Assembly: GCF_003704095.1 (NCBI RefSeq)
Contig: NW_020845304.1
Location: 186,001 to 250,000, forward strand
Source: Pocillopora damicornis
Lineage: Eukaryota
Direction of reading: 5' to 3'
DNA: 64,000 bases
Below are positions 1 through 12,100 of this stretch, in pieces (positions within the stretch are counted from its first letter, which is position 1; every line of letters starts with the position of its first letter). The notes beneath the pieces are model-generated. The model saw only the letters and a list, made by a program, of their open reading frames with translations, did no database searches and was not told where the DNA came from. The position numbers and the translations under genes are program-made.

Positions 1-159
1 GTCGGCCATTTTAAGTTTCCGAGTTTGCGTGACTCTTTGGTAGACGTGGAAAACAAGAAACATGTGACTTTTACTTGTGCGCTTATTATTTCCAGCGGAC
101 TTTTTGATAACAAATTTCTTGTGGTGTATTCATCACTTAATGTCTATAATTTTTTCAAG

Positions 160-3100
160 ATGGACGCTAGCTTGGAGAAGTTATTGCAAAATGATGGTAA
201 ACTCTTTCAACCTGGTTAAACCCTTTATATAATATAGTATGTTGAAAAAGTTTTTGCTCTTCCAGAAACATTCAAGCAATTCTTGGAAGATAATTTTGAT
301 GACAGAACATATGCAAACAACATAATTCAAAGTCGTGCCATCAGCGAGTCGCTTGCCAGGTTGGCAGATGGAATAAACCTTCTGGACAAAGAACTTCATG
401 CGCAGGTCTGCTGTTTAATTTTTCACCAAAATTAAAGAGTTACAGTTTGAGAAATATAGCGAATGATTACGTTTTGACGAAAATGTATCGTTGTTTTGTT
501 CAGAACAGCTGATGTGGACAAACATATCTGCATGCATGTATAATCACTATTTTCCTCATAGTTCCAGGCCACATAATTTTTTGTTTGGTTTGCATAAATG
601 AAAATGACGATTTGACTGAAAATTCAAACTAACTTGTCTGTAGCTTTCTTTCAATTTAGGAACGCTTACCTTGTAAAACTTGAGATGACCGTACATTCTT
701 TACGCAGTTTTTGTCACAGATTATGATGATCAGATAATTAATTAACACAGACGATGATAAGAGATGAGGGATATTTTTCGGAAAAGTAGNNNNNNNNNNN
801 NNNNNNNNNNNNNNNNNNNNNNNNNNNNNNNNNNNNNNNNNNNNNNNNNNNNNNNNNNNNNNNNNNNNNNNNNNNNNNNNNNNNNNNNNTTGGAATTATC
901 TGGAGAAACGAGTCATTAATCACTTCTACAGGGTTCTAATAGTACCCAGGTAGCAGGTATTAATGAACTGGTTACCTACTTGTTGCCTTGACACATGTCA
1001 TTTTACTCATAATTTACAAGTAAATGTTTTCAAATTTGTTCATTTTGAAGTGTAGGAATGAAAAATGAGTATAAATTAGAAGAGACCCTAAAATTCAGGA
1101 GTATACTACTGCATGAGTCTATAACTTCAGAATTTCAAAGGGTAGCGTGAACCTCCTTTTCAGCAGGAGGTCCTTGAGGCTATAAAAACTCTGACCCAGC
1201 ATTCTAAATCACCCATTTGTATCATTAAACCACTTGTTCTGGGGATTAAATCGTTAATGATTAAAAATTCTTCCTTTTGCTGTAGAATCAAACCCAAGTA
1301 GCAACAGCTTTGCAAGTGTTCTACAACTTGGGCTCGTTAGCCAGCACAGTTAATGAAGTGGTGGACAAGGTGAGGGAAAACCTGACAACCAGTGTTAAAG
1401 AAGCCTTGGATCCTAACACTCTCTCACAAATTCAACCTAATGCAGGTAAAGAGAATGAAAAATTGATCCAATTTCTTTTTCCTTAGACTTGTTGTACTTG
1501 ATTTCTTGTTGAGAAGGTGTCTCCTCTAAAAATAGATTACAATATGACCTCACCAGAATCAATGACTTTACTGTGGACCACTGAACCCAGAGATCATTAA
1601 GCTACCTGTTCATCCGTACCTTCCATCTTGTTCTAGGAGTTACTTCCATAAATACCAGCCAGCAGGTTGACAATTAGCTTTTATATCATATAATTTAGGT
1701 GCAGGAGGTCCTGGGCGTGCAGCCATTCCTACCCCAGGGAACACAGCAGCTTGGAGAGCAACTCTGTGGACTAGATTGGAGCAACTTATGGACTCTATCT
1801 ACTCTGCATGTGGCCAGGTAGAGCTAACTTTACCTGATTAGGGATTTTATTATGGGTCCAGTCACCAAATATGATCTACTATTCTGATCTAAAGCCTTAT
1901 AAGTCCTATTATTACAGTGCTAGAACATCCAGAGTAGTAATCTGAAGGTCGCAAGTTTGACTTGGAGTTCTTGTTTTTTCCAAATATACCTTTGTCATGC
2001 ACTAAATAATGTAATTTTTTCACAATCTCATTTTGCTTAGTTAGTTTCCTCACAAGCTTTTGTTGATTTTGTCAGAAGTGCAATATTTAAAGTTGCTTTA
2101 CTGTCATGTCCCAGGTTCATCATCTTCAAAAGGTTTTGGCAAAGAAACGAGATCCTGTAACTCATGTTTGTTTTGTGGAGGAATTGTTGAAGGTATTTCA
2201 TCCAGTCTTGAAATCTGAAAATGTATAAATTTAAAGAAAACTCAACCTGACTCAACTTCACCGTCTCGTTTCCTTTCAGGATGGGAAATCTTGTATCACC
2301 TCATTCTGGAATTCAGTTACTTCAATTTTGACGGAAGAATTCGCACAGGCTGCCCAAGGTTAGTTGCTTTCTGGGGTCGTTTTACTCAAACACTGCAAGA
2401 ATTTTGTGTTATTATGGCAAACAGGAAAAAAAAGCTCTTCAGTTATTGCGTAGGAAAGCGTGGTCTGTTAATACATTATGTAGGAAACTGATTGACGTGT
2501 TTAAAACAGATAATGCATTTTGTTATGTAAACTGCGATGTTTTACAAATATTTTCAGCCCTGAGGAAAGCAATAACTGAACACGTGTAAAATTGCGATTT
2601 TTTTTAAAGCGTGTTTGATATCGCCAAACAGCTGCTGATATGACATTTGCCGTCAGGTCGTTGAACGAATGGCAAAACGTTTACATTTCTCAATCCAAAG
2701 TCGTTTGTCGAATTTTCTTGTCAGCAAAGGCCTATTATGTTTTTATAATAAACAAATTAAAACACGGTAGCCAGCAGATATGGAATTTCTTGTCTCGTGA
2801 TCAAGCACTATCTCACTCGTTAACCGTGCTCACTCTTGACATATCGAGTTGAACGCTCGAAGAGAAATTTTAAATCTACGTGTGCCTATGTATTATTCTC
2901 TATTTATTCAATCTTCTTTAATTATTTGTTCGATTCAGCCTCCACTTTTTTGAAGCAAGCATTTGAAGGAGAGTACCCGAAACTACTACGGCTTTACAAT
3001 GATCTGTGGTCTCGGTTACAGCAATTTAGTGGTGCCTCAAGTGCTCCTACTCCTGGCATTGTTCCTCAAATTGAACCTTCCTTTAGTCTGTTTCCAAGCG

Positions 3101-6100
3101 CTGAGGACCAGTTTAGTTTGAGGTACGTTAAACATGCTTAATGTAATGAACAGCACTTGGGAAGCGGCTAGAGTCCCCAAGAAGTTGGGAGAAACACTCG
3201 ACTACATGTACTTCTCCGGTTTCCCCCTACACTTCCTTCGTGCTCTAGCCGCTTCCAGCGTGCTTTACAACAGAACTGAGTACAAAAAGGTATTTTGGTT
3301 TTATCAACTGAGTTAAAATTGGCCACCGTGAAGAGTTTCAAAGATGACGTTTCGAGCGTTAACTCTTTGTCAAAGCAAATGTGAACAGACTAGAGCACAG
3401 TTGAGGCTTCTTTATTTGTTAAATAGTGCTATATCTTACTTTGTGTTACTTTTGTTGCCGAGATGACACTGAATAGTTAACAATTATTCCATGCACAAAG
3501 CATTTTCTAATAACTATCAAGCAACTAGGCTGAATTAAGCACCAACCAATCTATAAATTTTTTTTCGCAGTCCAGAGCAAGCCCTGAAGAACAGCCTAGC
3601 CCCCTTTGAAATTGCCTACCTGTCGAGATCTTTATCCAGATTACTGGACCCAATTAACCTGGTGTTCCCATCTGGTGCGCGGAACCCTCCTTCCAAGGAG
3701 GAGTTAGCCAGTATTGCCAAGACGATTTCAAGGTAAGAAACCATGACTCTTGTGTGGAATACGTTACGTAAGTGTCAGTCAGTGTCTGCGCATTCTTAAA
3801 TGCACCTTATATTTCCTTAAAAAATACGTAGCGAAAATTGAATATTAGTCGGAAAGATTTGAAACTGGATTGATTTGTATTTTTCTTATCTCTTGATAAA
3901 TTATTGTAACTCTTTGCAAAAAGGAAAAAAATACTAATTGTTTAAAATCATTGAATGCTTTTTCGTATCATTCTAGTGAGCTGAGTGTGGCCAGTGTAGA
4001 TGTTGGACTCACAATAACTGTAGCCAGAAATGTCGCCAAAACAGTGCAGCTGTACACAGCAAAATGTGAAGAACTGGTGAGAGACTTGGTTTGATATCTA
4101 TTTCCTTTCAATACAACCTTATATTAGCCTGTGGAGCGCTTTTCTATAGATTGTCGTAGAAAAAAACCAAAGGAGAAAGGACAACACACTGTACCTTAAA
4201 AAGAACCTTGAGTAAAAACAACTAAACTGCCTAAAGCGCGGGAAAACGCGGGCAACGAAGTCGCGACTGGTTTTAATTTTGCATCTGGTTGGTCGAGAGA
4301 GCGGTACGAGTTTTCTGGCCCAATCACAGAGCGAAGAAAAGAAAAACCAATAAAATCTCCGGTTACTTTCGACACAATTACAAATTGTTCTTATTCAGAT
4401 GTATCGGTGTTTAGTCACTGATTGTTTACTGTAAAATATGAGCGCAATAACTCAGGTCACTTCTTTCTATTCAATAAATTGTGGCGAAAAAAGGGGCGAC
4501 AACTGTGTAACTCTCCTTTTTGAACGTTCTAGGAGACATCGTGTAATTACTCCAGAAATTGTATAAACAAAAGATTTATAAATCAAATTTATTTACTTTC
4601 AATTAATTTAAAATATGTCTAATATTTAATTGAAGTACTCTACATCCGCCAAGGAGGTAAAGTGTTCATTATCTCATTATTTTCTCTATTTCATATTCTC
4701 ACTTGTTTTTTTCCCTAACTTATCGCAATTTTCTTTGCTGGATCTATCTTCACGCGACCAAGTTTCCGTTTCGTTTCTATGTTCAACTGTATTCGGACGT
4801 TCTTTGCTGTAGTAATTATCAGGGAAATTCAGTTCTTCGATACTTGTGCTTATGGTAGAATTGCTGTAGGACTTTATAGAAGGCCTATCTCTTTCGAACT
4901 TGAAATCTCTTCCAAGGTTTGACGGTGTTTGATTTTCCACCCCTGCAGTTGAAGAATAATCCTTTGAAAATTTGAAAATCTCTCTCAGTTCTGTGTGCGA
5001 CTTTGTTGTATTCAGCTGATACGTTCCTGAAGAATCAGTTAGGTTCATTAGTGGCCATGATTAGTTAAAATTTCGCTCACACCCGCTCGTAACGTTTCCT
5101 GTAAAGCATTATCCATGAATTAATTTTTCATGCCTTTCGTATGTCGGGTGCCAACGATATGCGATCTAAACTTTGGAAGTAATTTTCATAGCATTATAGT
5201 TCAGTGGCTGTAAAACTTACTCCAGAAATTTTATAACTAGATTGATCTTACCAATTCAAAACTACCTCTAAAATGCTCACAGACATACTTGCTAAGGCTT
5301 AAAGTTTAGTTCGCAACTTGCTAACTCTGAGGTTTTTCCTTCATTGAATGGGTCAAATACTACCATTCCAAACCTTTCCTAGTTTCTGTGGCGTGTAGCG
5401 ACCATTCAGAATTGTTACTACAGTACTCCCGGACGGGATGCTAGTCGATCACAGACTTCCCCACCCCTGTCTCTCCTTTTTTTTTTTTTTAACTTTGGTT
5501 TATCAACCCTTACTTACCAAAATGACAACCGCTTCAACCTAATAAGAGGTGGTAAGAATAAGAATCCGCCATTTATGAAGTATTGTCAGAATCTCCGAAG
5601 TAATGTGCAAGAGATATATCAAGGTGGTTATAGAGGATTAGAAAGCCCTTCACCACTGACCTGAGATTGAGAAGGAGTGAGTCAGACTAGAGTCAGATGT
5701 AAGTTGGACGCCTACACCGCTTGTCTGAAGAAAAGAAACAGTTTAGTCGAGAAGAGTGCTCATGACGAAAATATCGAAAGGGAAGTTTCTTTATACCGTG
5801 AAGTTACGTTACATGTAACGCAAAGCTGCAGCGGGAAGAACGTAGTGCGATTTCTGCGAGAGATGACTGTGTCATTAGAGAAACAAGTATACGGCGTGAC
5901 TATGAAGGGAATGATAGCTAAGAGTTTTAAGCTTGTGCAGTCCGTGTCCAGGGTCTCTTTCCTAATGAACCCTTTTCCATTTTCTCATAATCATTTAAGT
6001 GTTTTACAATCTTACGTATATTTAGTTTTAGCTGTGGTTGCTCTGTTTCTCGGTTTATGAATTTCTACAGCAAGTATTTTAAGCAGTCGACATATTTGCT

Positions 6101-9100
6101 TTTCTTCGTTGCCCCTGTTCGCTTTAAAACGTAGTCGGTTTGGATGTCAATGTGACTATGAAACACGGAAACACGAACAACGCACTGACACAAACCACGT
6201 TCTTCCTGTCCATTGATAAGTGTTTATATCAATGCTTTTACGTATTGCTTGATGTTTACTTACTACAAAACTCTCCCAGATTTCAGTTGGTAGCCAAAAT
6301 ATACATATTACCCGTGAAATCTACTTTAACCAAAAAGACGCTTATACTGTTTTACTGAGTGCGCCAAATTTCCTTACATCTTACCTCGTTTACACGGTAT
6401 TACACTTTGGATTTCCTTCGCTGCGCTCAAAACGGAAGTGAAAACACTTGATAACAGCGAGAGGCCTAGGGCCAAGTACATTACACGTACTATCCACATG
6501 CCTCGTTCGTAAGGCGAGTCTGGCTCTTTACCTTCATTCGGTACCAGATCCCCGAAGCCAATCGTGCTTAGCGCGACGAAACAATAATAAACGCAGTCTA
6601 GGTAAGTCCAGCCGAATTCTCGCTCAGAGTAGTAATACATGATTCCTCCAAGTGGAATCCAGAGCGTAATGAGAAGGGTATTTATGGCAAAGCATTTAAT
6701 ATGCTCTTGTGTTGGTAATTCTCGCTCAAACGCAGCCTTTTCGAAGTATTTAATCAGCAGATGAATGCCATAATTGATGTGTTCACCAATGGATTGTAGG
6801 GTCAGTAGATTCAATGGAATGCCAAAGAGAGCAAAAAAGATTAGAAACAGTCGACCTTCTTGTGTTTTGGGTGCCAGGTGTCCATATCCTGGAAAAAAAA
6901 AGACAAATTGTCTTATTTCCTGATTCTGTTAAATAAAACTACAGCCTTAGAGAGTGTGGTCATTTTAATGAAGCTACTGAGCATTAGATAATGTTTGTTG
7001 TTATCCAATTGCACAAAGTAGAGTATAAACGCGCGAATAGAGTACGAATATCCTGCAATATTGTACGGTTATTTGGGAGTTGGTTCTTTTGTACTGTAAA
7101 AAAAAACCTGTTTAACCAGTCTGCTGCGCGCGTTACGTTTCTCTATCCGCTTTGCTTTTCTCTCCTTATGAGAAATGAGTAGAAAGACTTGGAAGAAAAA
7201 GAGCAGTTAGACAATAAATAACTTGTTAGACGTTTTGGTGTGTAGTGTCGCTGCGTATTTTTACTCGTTGTTTGTATTTTGACTCGTCCTACAGGCTCGT
7301 TAAAATACGGCACAACCCGTAAAAATACTCAGCGATACTACACACCAAAACGTCTAATGAGATAAATTTATGCTCTGCCAGGTGGTTTCATTATTTCAAT
7401 TGTGAATGGGACCCTAGAGTGTTGCCATTCTCATAATACATGAAGCTACCAAGCTTCAAATTCGATATTATTTATCATATGTGGTTCTAACTTTTGAGTT
7501 CGTGAATGAAACTTTTGACTGAGACCATTCAAATGAAAATTACTGAATAGAACTTGCATGTGATCTTGTTTTTATTGGTTTGACCTTAAGTTATCAGTCC
7601 ATTTATTACAACCTACTTTTTGGCCTATTCTTATAAAAGCTGCCGTATGGCTCTTCCATATGGTACTGTTTGATATATTTACATGTCAATGTTTTTGTTC
7701 TTACGATTTTTCACCCTTTTCACTGTAACATTAATAATCACATTCCCCACACTTTTCTCTTTACAAAAACTATGGCACTGACAAGAAGTTCTTTTGACTT
7801 TTAGGGTTTCTTAAATTGGTGATCATTTCCTATAATCTCATGACCGTTACATTTAATTCAAGAGCGATATTGTAAGGAGAAATTAGAAGCCAGTCATCCT
7901 CTTGTAAGAGGCGCGGTGGCCTCATGGTTAGTGCGCTCGACTCCGGATCGAATGGTCCGGGTTCAAGCCCTGGCCGGGGTCATTGTGTTGTGTTCTTAGG
8001 CAAGACACTTTACTTTCACAGTGCTTCTTTTCACCCGGGTGTACAAATGGGTAGCCGCTTCATGCTAAAGGAAACCGGAGTTAAGCGCCGGCCCCACGGG
8101 CCACTTGGGCCGGTATAAAGGCTTTACTTTTTTTTTACATCCTCAGGGGTTAAGGAAGTTTTTGTGAATGTTAAATTTACAAAGCTCACTTCTTACCAAT
8201 TGTAGTTGTTACACTTCCAACAAAGTACAATGACTGATAATAACTCCAGTCGTTGTGACTGTACTTGCATCTGTGCGCCTTTTCAAACAGAAAACGAAGC
8301 TCCGCAATATATAGGTCTATGACATCCATGGTTTCGTTAAATCTTTGCGTCATATTCTCCTTTAACTGATCGATTTTCTTTGCAAAGTGGGAACCAGTTG
8401 ATTGCCCATCGTGCTCTAGTGCCGAAAATATCGCCGCACCCGATGTGAGGTACACTATTAACATGGCAACTCGCAGAAAAAGTGTTCTTGTCTTCCTTTT
8501 CATTTCCATGTCTGTTCACTTGTTTGGATGAAAGTTGAAGTTTTTGTTAGCGGAAGGTCTCCAGACTGCAGTTTTTCTGCGAAAACATCAAATTGTGGAG
8601 AGGGGTTAGATCGCGTCATTATGCAAAAGTCGGGCAAAATTTGGGAATATTTTCGCTAGTGAATGGCTGGTAATCTCTAGCTGAAGGATTTTGCATCTGA
8701 ATAGAAATAGTAATTTTGTTCAAATATTCTTTTGAGCGACGATCGAGGTTACCTTTTTAACCCAATATGGAACCTTTTGGGCGTCGTGGTGTCTGAAATC
8801 CCTGGGCAAAGGGCGAATTCAGACAACTCTCCCTCTCTACTAGCTTTCCTTATGGTAGCTCGACGAGTGTTTTTTGAAAATATGTCGCAACTATTTGAAA
8901 AAAACTGCAGCAACACTTAAGCCTGCTGACAACTTAAACTTGGGTAACAATGTCACCGATACGAAGACAATGCTGATGGATTAAGAGAGGGACATTGCAA
9001 ACCCCAAACCACAAAATTCTGAGCCTTTTTAATGCCATTTGTTTGTGATAATCCTCTATAACGTCGATTTTGTTGCTTTTGTTTTGCATTTTTTTATCTT

Positions 9101-12100
9101 CATGTGAATTTGGTTCTGGCCTTATAAAATTCGATTGCAAGTTGCACATTTCAGGCACGCGTTTGAACTTTTGATGTTGTTTTTTAACTCTTCAACTTTT
9201 TCAAGCTTTTCACTCTTCGTTGGCTATCACAAACTTCTCAAAGGAAAATTTGAAGTCCGTTTTTTAATTAAAAAAATTTAAAAGATTTAGAAAAGAAAAT
9301 AATTCCATTTTGAAACCATAACGAGTCTTACTAAAATTTATTTATTATGATAATGGCAACTAAACCAGCTGCGTTGTAACCGCAGTGGTGGAAAGTGAAA
9401 CGTTGCACGAATGTCTAAAAATTCCTTTACGTCTAAAATCACCGAAATGCGCGCAATTTTCGATGTGGAACGTTTGTTTGTTTGGAGATTTACAAGAGTT
9501 ATTTTTTTTTGTATAACATTGTCTTTCAATTTGCGTTATGTAAATCTTTCTTGATTGTTCAGTTTAATAATTTATATTGGTTACATTTTTTTAACGAAGC
9601 GAACTGTTATTTGTTGCAAAATCTCTCTTGTAACTTGACTGGTTCTTCATGACACGAATGGAGACCTGTGTCGTGCTACGAAAGTATCGTTTCTTGCAAT
9701 GAAACCCCACTATAGAGTGGTAAATTTTAAACTGAAATATTAATTTAAAAGAACCGATGCTTGTAGATGTCGTTAGTTAAAATCCGATTCCGTTCCTATT
9801 TCTGACTTACGAGTCTAGTCAATTAAAATTATTTAGTAGTTTTTCATCTGGTGTTGTTTCCTTACATCATTTTATCAAGTATAAGTGATTTGTTTTTCCT
9901 TCATCATCAAATTTTCATCCATGATGAGATTCAAATAATTTTACACTTGTTTTGTAAGTGGTGTTTGTTTTGCTTTTCAATTTATCCCTAACTAACATGT
10001 TTTCGTCGACAAAGTTGGCAAATGTCGCCTTTGAAATGAGAATGTAAGTTTTGTAACCCATTTCAGGTCTTAAGGGAATTCTTAGCTCTATCTTTGTAAG
10101 TTATACGTACACATGCATATGATTAAGTGGAAATAAAAAAAAGAAGCCTTTTTCTTGAGTATTATCACTTGTACTGAAATAAGTTAATAAAACATACACG
10201 CTCAAGAGATCTATTCTTACAGACAGCTGGGTTAAAAGAGAAACCTCTTGCGAATGTTTTCCTTGTTTATCATCGTGGCCTAAATATATACAACATGTAA
10301 GGTTTCCGTGAGACAGAACGCGTCAACTTTGCAAAAGAAGCACATTGAAACAAACCTTTCAAAGCCTTTCTTTGGGAAAATGACTCGTTTTGATTTTTAC
10401 GTTTCCCATTTTGTCTTCGTTGGTAGGGTTTTGCTTTGTACTTCGTTCGTTGCCTAAAATCCTCTGTTTTACGTATTTCTTCCTGAGTTGCACCGGTTTT
10501 ATTTTACACCATTTTTGAGGGTATTGTTTGTCAGCGGCGATGATTTCTACTTGCGGTTCTTTTATGCTGTTAAGGGTTTTGAAACTCTTTGTCTCATTAC
10601 AACCGATACTTAATCCGTGCCGTTAATTAAGAGCAAATTTCCCCAAAAGTACGCGTGAAAACAAAAGAAAACATGCTTTAATTAGCAGGTTTTCTAAACG
10701 TGTACAAACAAGCTTGAAGTTTCTCAGCCTGCATCACAGCTGATTTCGACGTCATCCATTACTTTGAATTGAAAGATTTGGCGTTAACTTAGGTTTCTCA
10801 TGACAATCTTAAGGGTCGGAAATATTTTCAAAGGTAGTCTTTCTTAAAACTGAGTTGTATAGGGCTGCAAGGGGTTTCCGTCTTTCCAAGTTAAGCAGGA
10901 AATATGAACCTCTTTTAATCTCTGTTTACAGTTTTTTAAACTCTTGTTTACATGCTTAGGTTTTCCCTACCTAATCACTAGCCACACATTTCCCCTCCTC
11001 CCCCCCACTTTCTTTTTCTAGCGATACGTTTGCTCGTTGTAGCTGCTAATTGCATATTTTCCGCTCTTAGAACTGGATACATATTTTCCCGCCTTTTTCT
11101 GGGTCTTTATTGTCCTGCATAAGTCCAAGACACTTAAGCTTTCACCCTTGGTATTGGTTGAATTTTCCTCTCCTTTTTGCCAGTTATGTGATACCTGCTC
11201 ATGCCGGATTTATACTTGATTTTCCCGGACTTGCACCGGGTTCATGAATCATGATTTTCCCTTCCCGTACCCATATATTGTCATGGTGATCAGAAGAGTC
11301 GTTTAAGAGTCGTTGGTGAACTGCTCTTTTTCCAGTAGAAAATGTTATATTTCATGAAACAACGTTGTGTTTTGGTGACGAAAACTGCGTTTATTTCTCT
11401 GTACAGCTCGTCGCGGGGCCCGAAGGAAATCAGTTATATGACCACGTGACTCCAGCTCAGCAAAAGAACGCTGCCATTGTGAACAGTTTGTTTCAATTAC
11501 ACCAAGCCGTGATCAAGGTAACTGTTCATTGAGTCTCGCATTTGATTTCGCGTGAGAGATGAAGCTGCAGTAATTTAAAGCTGTACAACTTCGGACGACA
11601 GGGTAATTAAAGGAAAACTACTTTTTCTCTGGTCATCATTATGTATAATATAGTAGAATTACAACACTCTGTTTTCTCGATGTGTTTCTGCCTCCGTTGA
11701 CTTCTGACTAATTTCAACATTTGTAGTTTAGCGTTTCACCGAGAACTTATTTGATGTTGTTATTAACGTAAACTGTCAAAAATGTCTTCACGGCTGACTA
11801 AAATCCTGTTCTTTGCACAATGCCTTCCATTTTATGTACTTTTGTACTTCTCAGATTGTGGATGGTCTGTGGTCTCAGTCCCCTGGTGTTGCTGTGGATG
11901 CAATATCTACCGGGTTACAGGTAAGATTTTGCTTGTAGTGAAACCAGTTTGCGTTTTTGAAGTGTCAATTCAACGACAGTCGTTTTACGTAGTGTCTTTG
12001 TTTTTTATATGAATTATATGATTTTCATATATTTGCAGTCATTTATTCATCTCTTCACGGGTTTATTTAGAACCAACCTAACGACCAGCAACCATTTGGC

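Noticed and set aside
890-950. COG5 exon right after the gap
   Set aside because: No frame resembles the missing COG5 segment.
5677-6060. 127-aa plus-strand ORF
   Set aside because: Non-ATG start, no recognisable domain, lies in introns of both COG5 and the K2P gene.
7908-7980. tRNA gene
   Set aside because: Has A/B boxes but continues into a SINE body and tail with a target-site duplication.
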